From Octopus sinensis (Eukaryota), in assembly GCF_006345805.1 (NCBI RefSeq), contig NC_043016.1, forward strand, positions 23,808,001 to 23,872,000: a stretch of 64,000 bases of DNA, in the 5' to 3' direction. Both the position numbers and the translations under genes were made by a program. Below are positions 61,292 to 64,000 of this stretch, piece by piece. Each line of letters begins with the position of its first letter. The stretch's first letter is position 1. The notes beneath the pieces are model-generated. The model was given only the letters and a program-made list of their open reading frames with translations, was not told where the DNA came from and did not search any database.

Positions 61292-62517
61292 TTGGGTCAT
61301 CCCATAAATAATGTGGTTTTTCAATTGCATGAACTAAAAGTTAGACGAGGAAGGGATAAACTACCAGCATCACCTTGCTATAAAAGCAGAAATTTTGAAG
61401 AGTGCAGTTCAATTTTAACAGTTACTTTTTCAAATGGTAGTGACAAAGGAGTATATTCAGCATATGTTGCTTTATGAGTTCAATAAAGGCAACAACACAA
61501 CAGAAAGTGCGAGGAATGTTAATGCAGTATATTGGGATCGGACAATAAGCATAAACTAGTGTCAATGGTAGTTCCAGAAATTCTGAGCCAGAAACTACAA
61601 CTTAGAAGATGTACTTCATCCTGGAAAATCTGTAGAGTTTGATAAGGACATCCTGCAAACGCTGCTGAAACAAAATCTCGTCATAACTGTTGAGGAACTA
61701 GCAGAGAAGCTTGAATTTGGTCATTCAACCATTCATCGACACCTGCATGCCATCAGAAAAGTCAGCAAATTGGGTCAATGAGTTCCTTACAAACTTTTTG
61801 AGTCTAATTGTGTGCAGAGTGAATGTGTGCCCTTCTTTGCTATTACATCTCACAAATGTATCGTTTTTGGACCAAATAGTGGCTGATGATGAGAAATGGG
61901 TTTTCTATAAAAATTTCAAGTGCCAAAGACAGTAGGTAGGGAAAGGAGAGACACCGATATCCCAAGCTAAAGAAGGTTTTCACCCATGTAAGGCGTTGTT
62001 ATCTCCTTGGTGGGATATGAAAGGTTTAGTCCACTTTGAACTTTTAAACCCACACCAAACAATAACAGAGGAACTCTTCTGCGAGCAGCTTAAGACAGCA
62101 CTAGAAGAGAAACAACCATCTTTGATTTCAAGATGAAAGGTCTCCTCCCATCAGAATAATGCCCGGTTACATACAACAAGGATGACATTCCAAAGGCTGG
62201 AGCCATTTGAATGGGAGATGATGCCCCATCCACTATATTTGCTGGACATTGCCCCATCATTTATTTCACAGTCTTCAAAGTCATTTGGGCAGAAAAAATA
62301 TTAATTCTCTAGATGAGGTCAGAACAATACTGGAGGAGTATTTTTCATCACTGACAAGTGAATTTTGGAAGTTGGGCTTTGCAAGTCTACCCAATAGATG
62401 GAAAGCATTGTAGAAAATGAAGGAAAGTATATTTTAGATTAAAAAAGAACTTTGTTTATCTTAATTTTGAAAAATAGAAGTAGTATAAAAAACTGAATTA
62501 TTTATGGGATGACCCAA
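61292..62517 (+). mobile_element. Full-length degenerate mariner (1226 bp)
   Basis: TA|ttgggtcatcccataaataat...attatttatgggatgacccaa|TA; HMLLYEFNKG HTH start, DDEKW, WWDMKG, HQNNAR and HPLYLLDIAPS remnants. Confidence 0.95.
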
Positions 62518-63170
62518 TATATATCTTAGTGTGTGTTATCTTCTTCGTCATCATTTAACATACATTTTCCTTGCAGGCATAGCTTGAATGGTTGACAAGA
62601 TTTTGCAAAGTGCAAGGCTGTGCTGAGCTCCTCTGTCAGCTTTAACATGTTTTCTACAGTTGGAAGCCCTCCCTAATACCAACTACCTTACAATGTGTAC
62701 AGGGTCCTTTTTTTTTTTTTTACATGCAACCAACACTTTTGTTGTTGTCAAGTAGGTAACAAGGCAGGAAATAACAGGAAAGAGAAAAGCCCCTATGACT
62801 GGGTAATGATGGTATTAGAGAGGGGGAGATAGCTTTATACCTGGTGCTGATAGGTTACAGTACAATAGAGGGACAAAGACAAGTGTCTTGCTAAAGAGGA
62901 CATATATTATATAAGTATGAGTAGTAGTAATTGGGATGAAGATGAATGTGTGTGTGTGTGTGTACCATGCTGGAGCACACCTTTTAAGGGTATTTTAATC
63001 GAATAAATTAACCCCAGGATTTATTCTTTGTAAGTCTAATACTTATTCTATCAGTGTCTTTTGCCAGACTGCTAAGTTATGGAAATGTAAACACACCAAT
63101 ATCAGTTGTCAAGTGATGGTGGGGGAACAAAGACATACACAAATAAATATATACATACGTATATATGTAC

Positions 63171-63205
<35 letters not shown>

Positions 63206-63207
63206 AT

Positions 63208-63571
63208 TTCAATTTTGGGGGATTAATCAATATTCGGGTATTCTATTTCAGATAATACAAAAAAATGGCCTAATGAGTATATCTGACAGTAAACTCATGG
63301 TATCAGTTTGCACATCACGAAATAACACTTAACCTTCCAATACGGAAACACGTGTAGTTCCTTCATATTTAATAAAATTAAGTATTAACTAAAGCATGAT
63401 ATAATTATTGAAGTACATTATATGGCTGATAATTTTGGTTATATCCTTTAAGTATTATTTTGTGATGTGCAAAGTGATACCATGAGTTTACTGTAAGATA
63501 TACTCATTAGGTTATTTTTTGTATTATCTGAAATAGAATACCCGCATATCGATTAATCCCCAACAATTGAA
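63208..63571. repeat. MITE-like inverted repeat, ~120-bp arms with ~120-bp spacer
   Basis: ttcaattttgggggattaatc...tttgcacatcac versus gtgatgtgcaaa...gattaatccccaacaattgaa. Confidence 0.88.
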
Positions 63572-63719
63572 TACTGACTTTTATCAGATACTTTGTATAT
63601 TTATAGATAATGTATTATAAATAAACGATAAATAAGACCCCAAAGTGCGATATGTAGATGCATATAACACTGTAGGGTTACACCTGATTGATTTGGAAAT
63701 TTGTTTTCCCAAATTATAT

Positions 63720-63963
63720 ATGGCACATAAAAAGCACCATCCGATCGTGGCTGTTGCTAGCCTCCTTTGGCCCCTGTGCTGGTGGCACGTAAAAAGCACC
63801 CACTACACTCATGGAGTGGTTGGCATTAGGAAGGGCATCCAGCTGTAGAAACACTGCCAGATCTGCCTGGGCCTGGTGCAGCCTTCTGGCTTCCCAGACC
63901 CCAGTTGAACCGTCCAACCCATGCTAGCATGGAAAGCGGACGTTAAACGATGATGATGATGAT
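63720..63963 (+). mobile_element. RTE 3' UTR copy with about two units
   Basis: gcacataaaaagcacc, gcacgtaaaaagcacc, attaggaagggcatcc and a (GAT)n tail. Confidence 0.88.
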
Positions 63964-64000
63964 ATACGATGGGCTTCTTTCAGTTTCTGTCTACCACATC

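Overview
AT-rich, microsatellite-dense animal genomic DNA. The repeat families look like those of octopus or a related coleoid cephalopod; this is an inference and no database search was run. I recognise no host protein-coding exon, rRNA, true tRNA gene or CRISPR array. The window is a mosaic of transposable elements: RTE LINE fragments, one CR1/L2-group LINE with a 478-aa open RT frame, Dong/R4 and Penelope-like (PLE) remnants, two decayed mariners, a hAT transposase remnant, piggyBac-, hAT- and Merlin-type MITEs, and four or five tRNA-derived SINE families. Most notable observations: (1) at least four families of minimal type I hammerhead-ribozyme motifs in small non-coding, mostly (TA)n-flanked elements, one near-canonical (59283-59336) and one carried by a tRNA-headed SINE (18626-18877); (2) the most abundant 'SINE-like' repeat here is the 3' UTR of an RTE LINE and contains a variable ~61-bp minisatellite; (3) a SINE and the CR1-group LINE share a 3' tail with a covarying stem-loop; (4) a wholly palindromic MITE dimer is flanked by a perfect 8-bp TSD; (5) fold-back and inverted-duplication structures are frequent, and some may be assembly artefacts. 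All ribozyme and family assignments were made by eye and need covariance-model or library confirmation.
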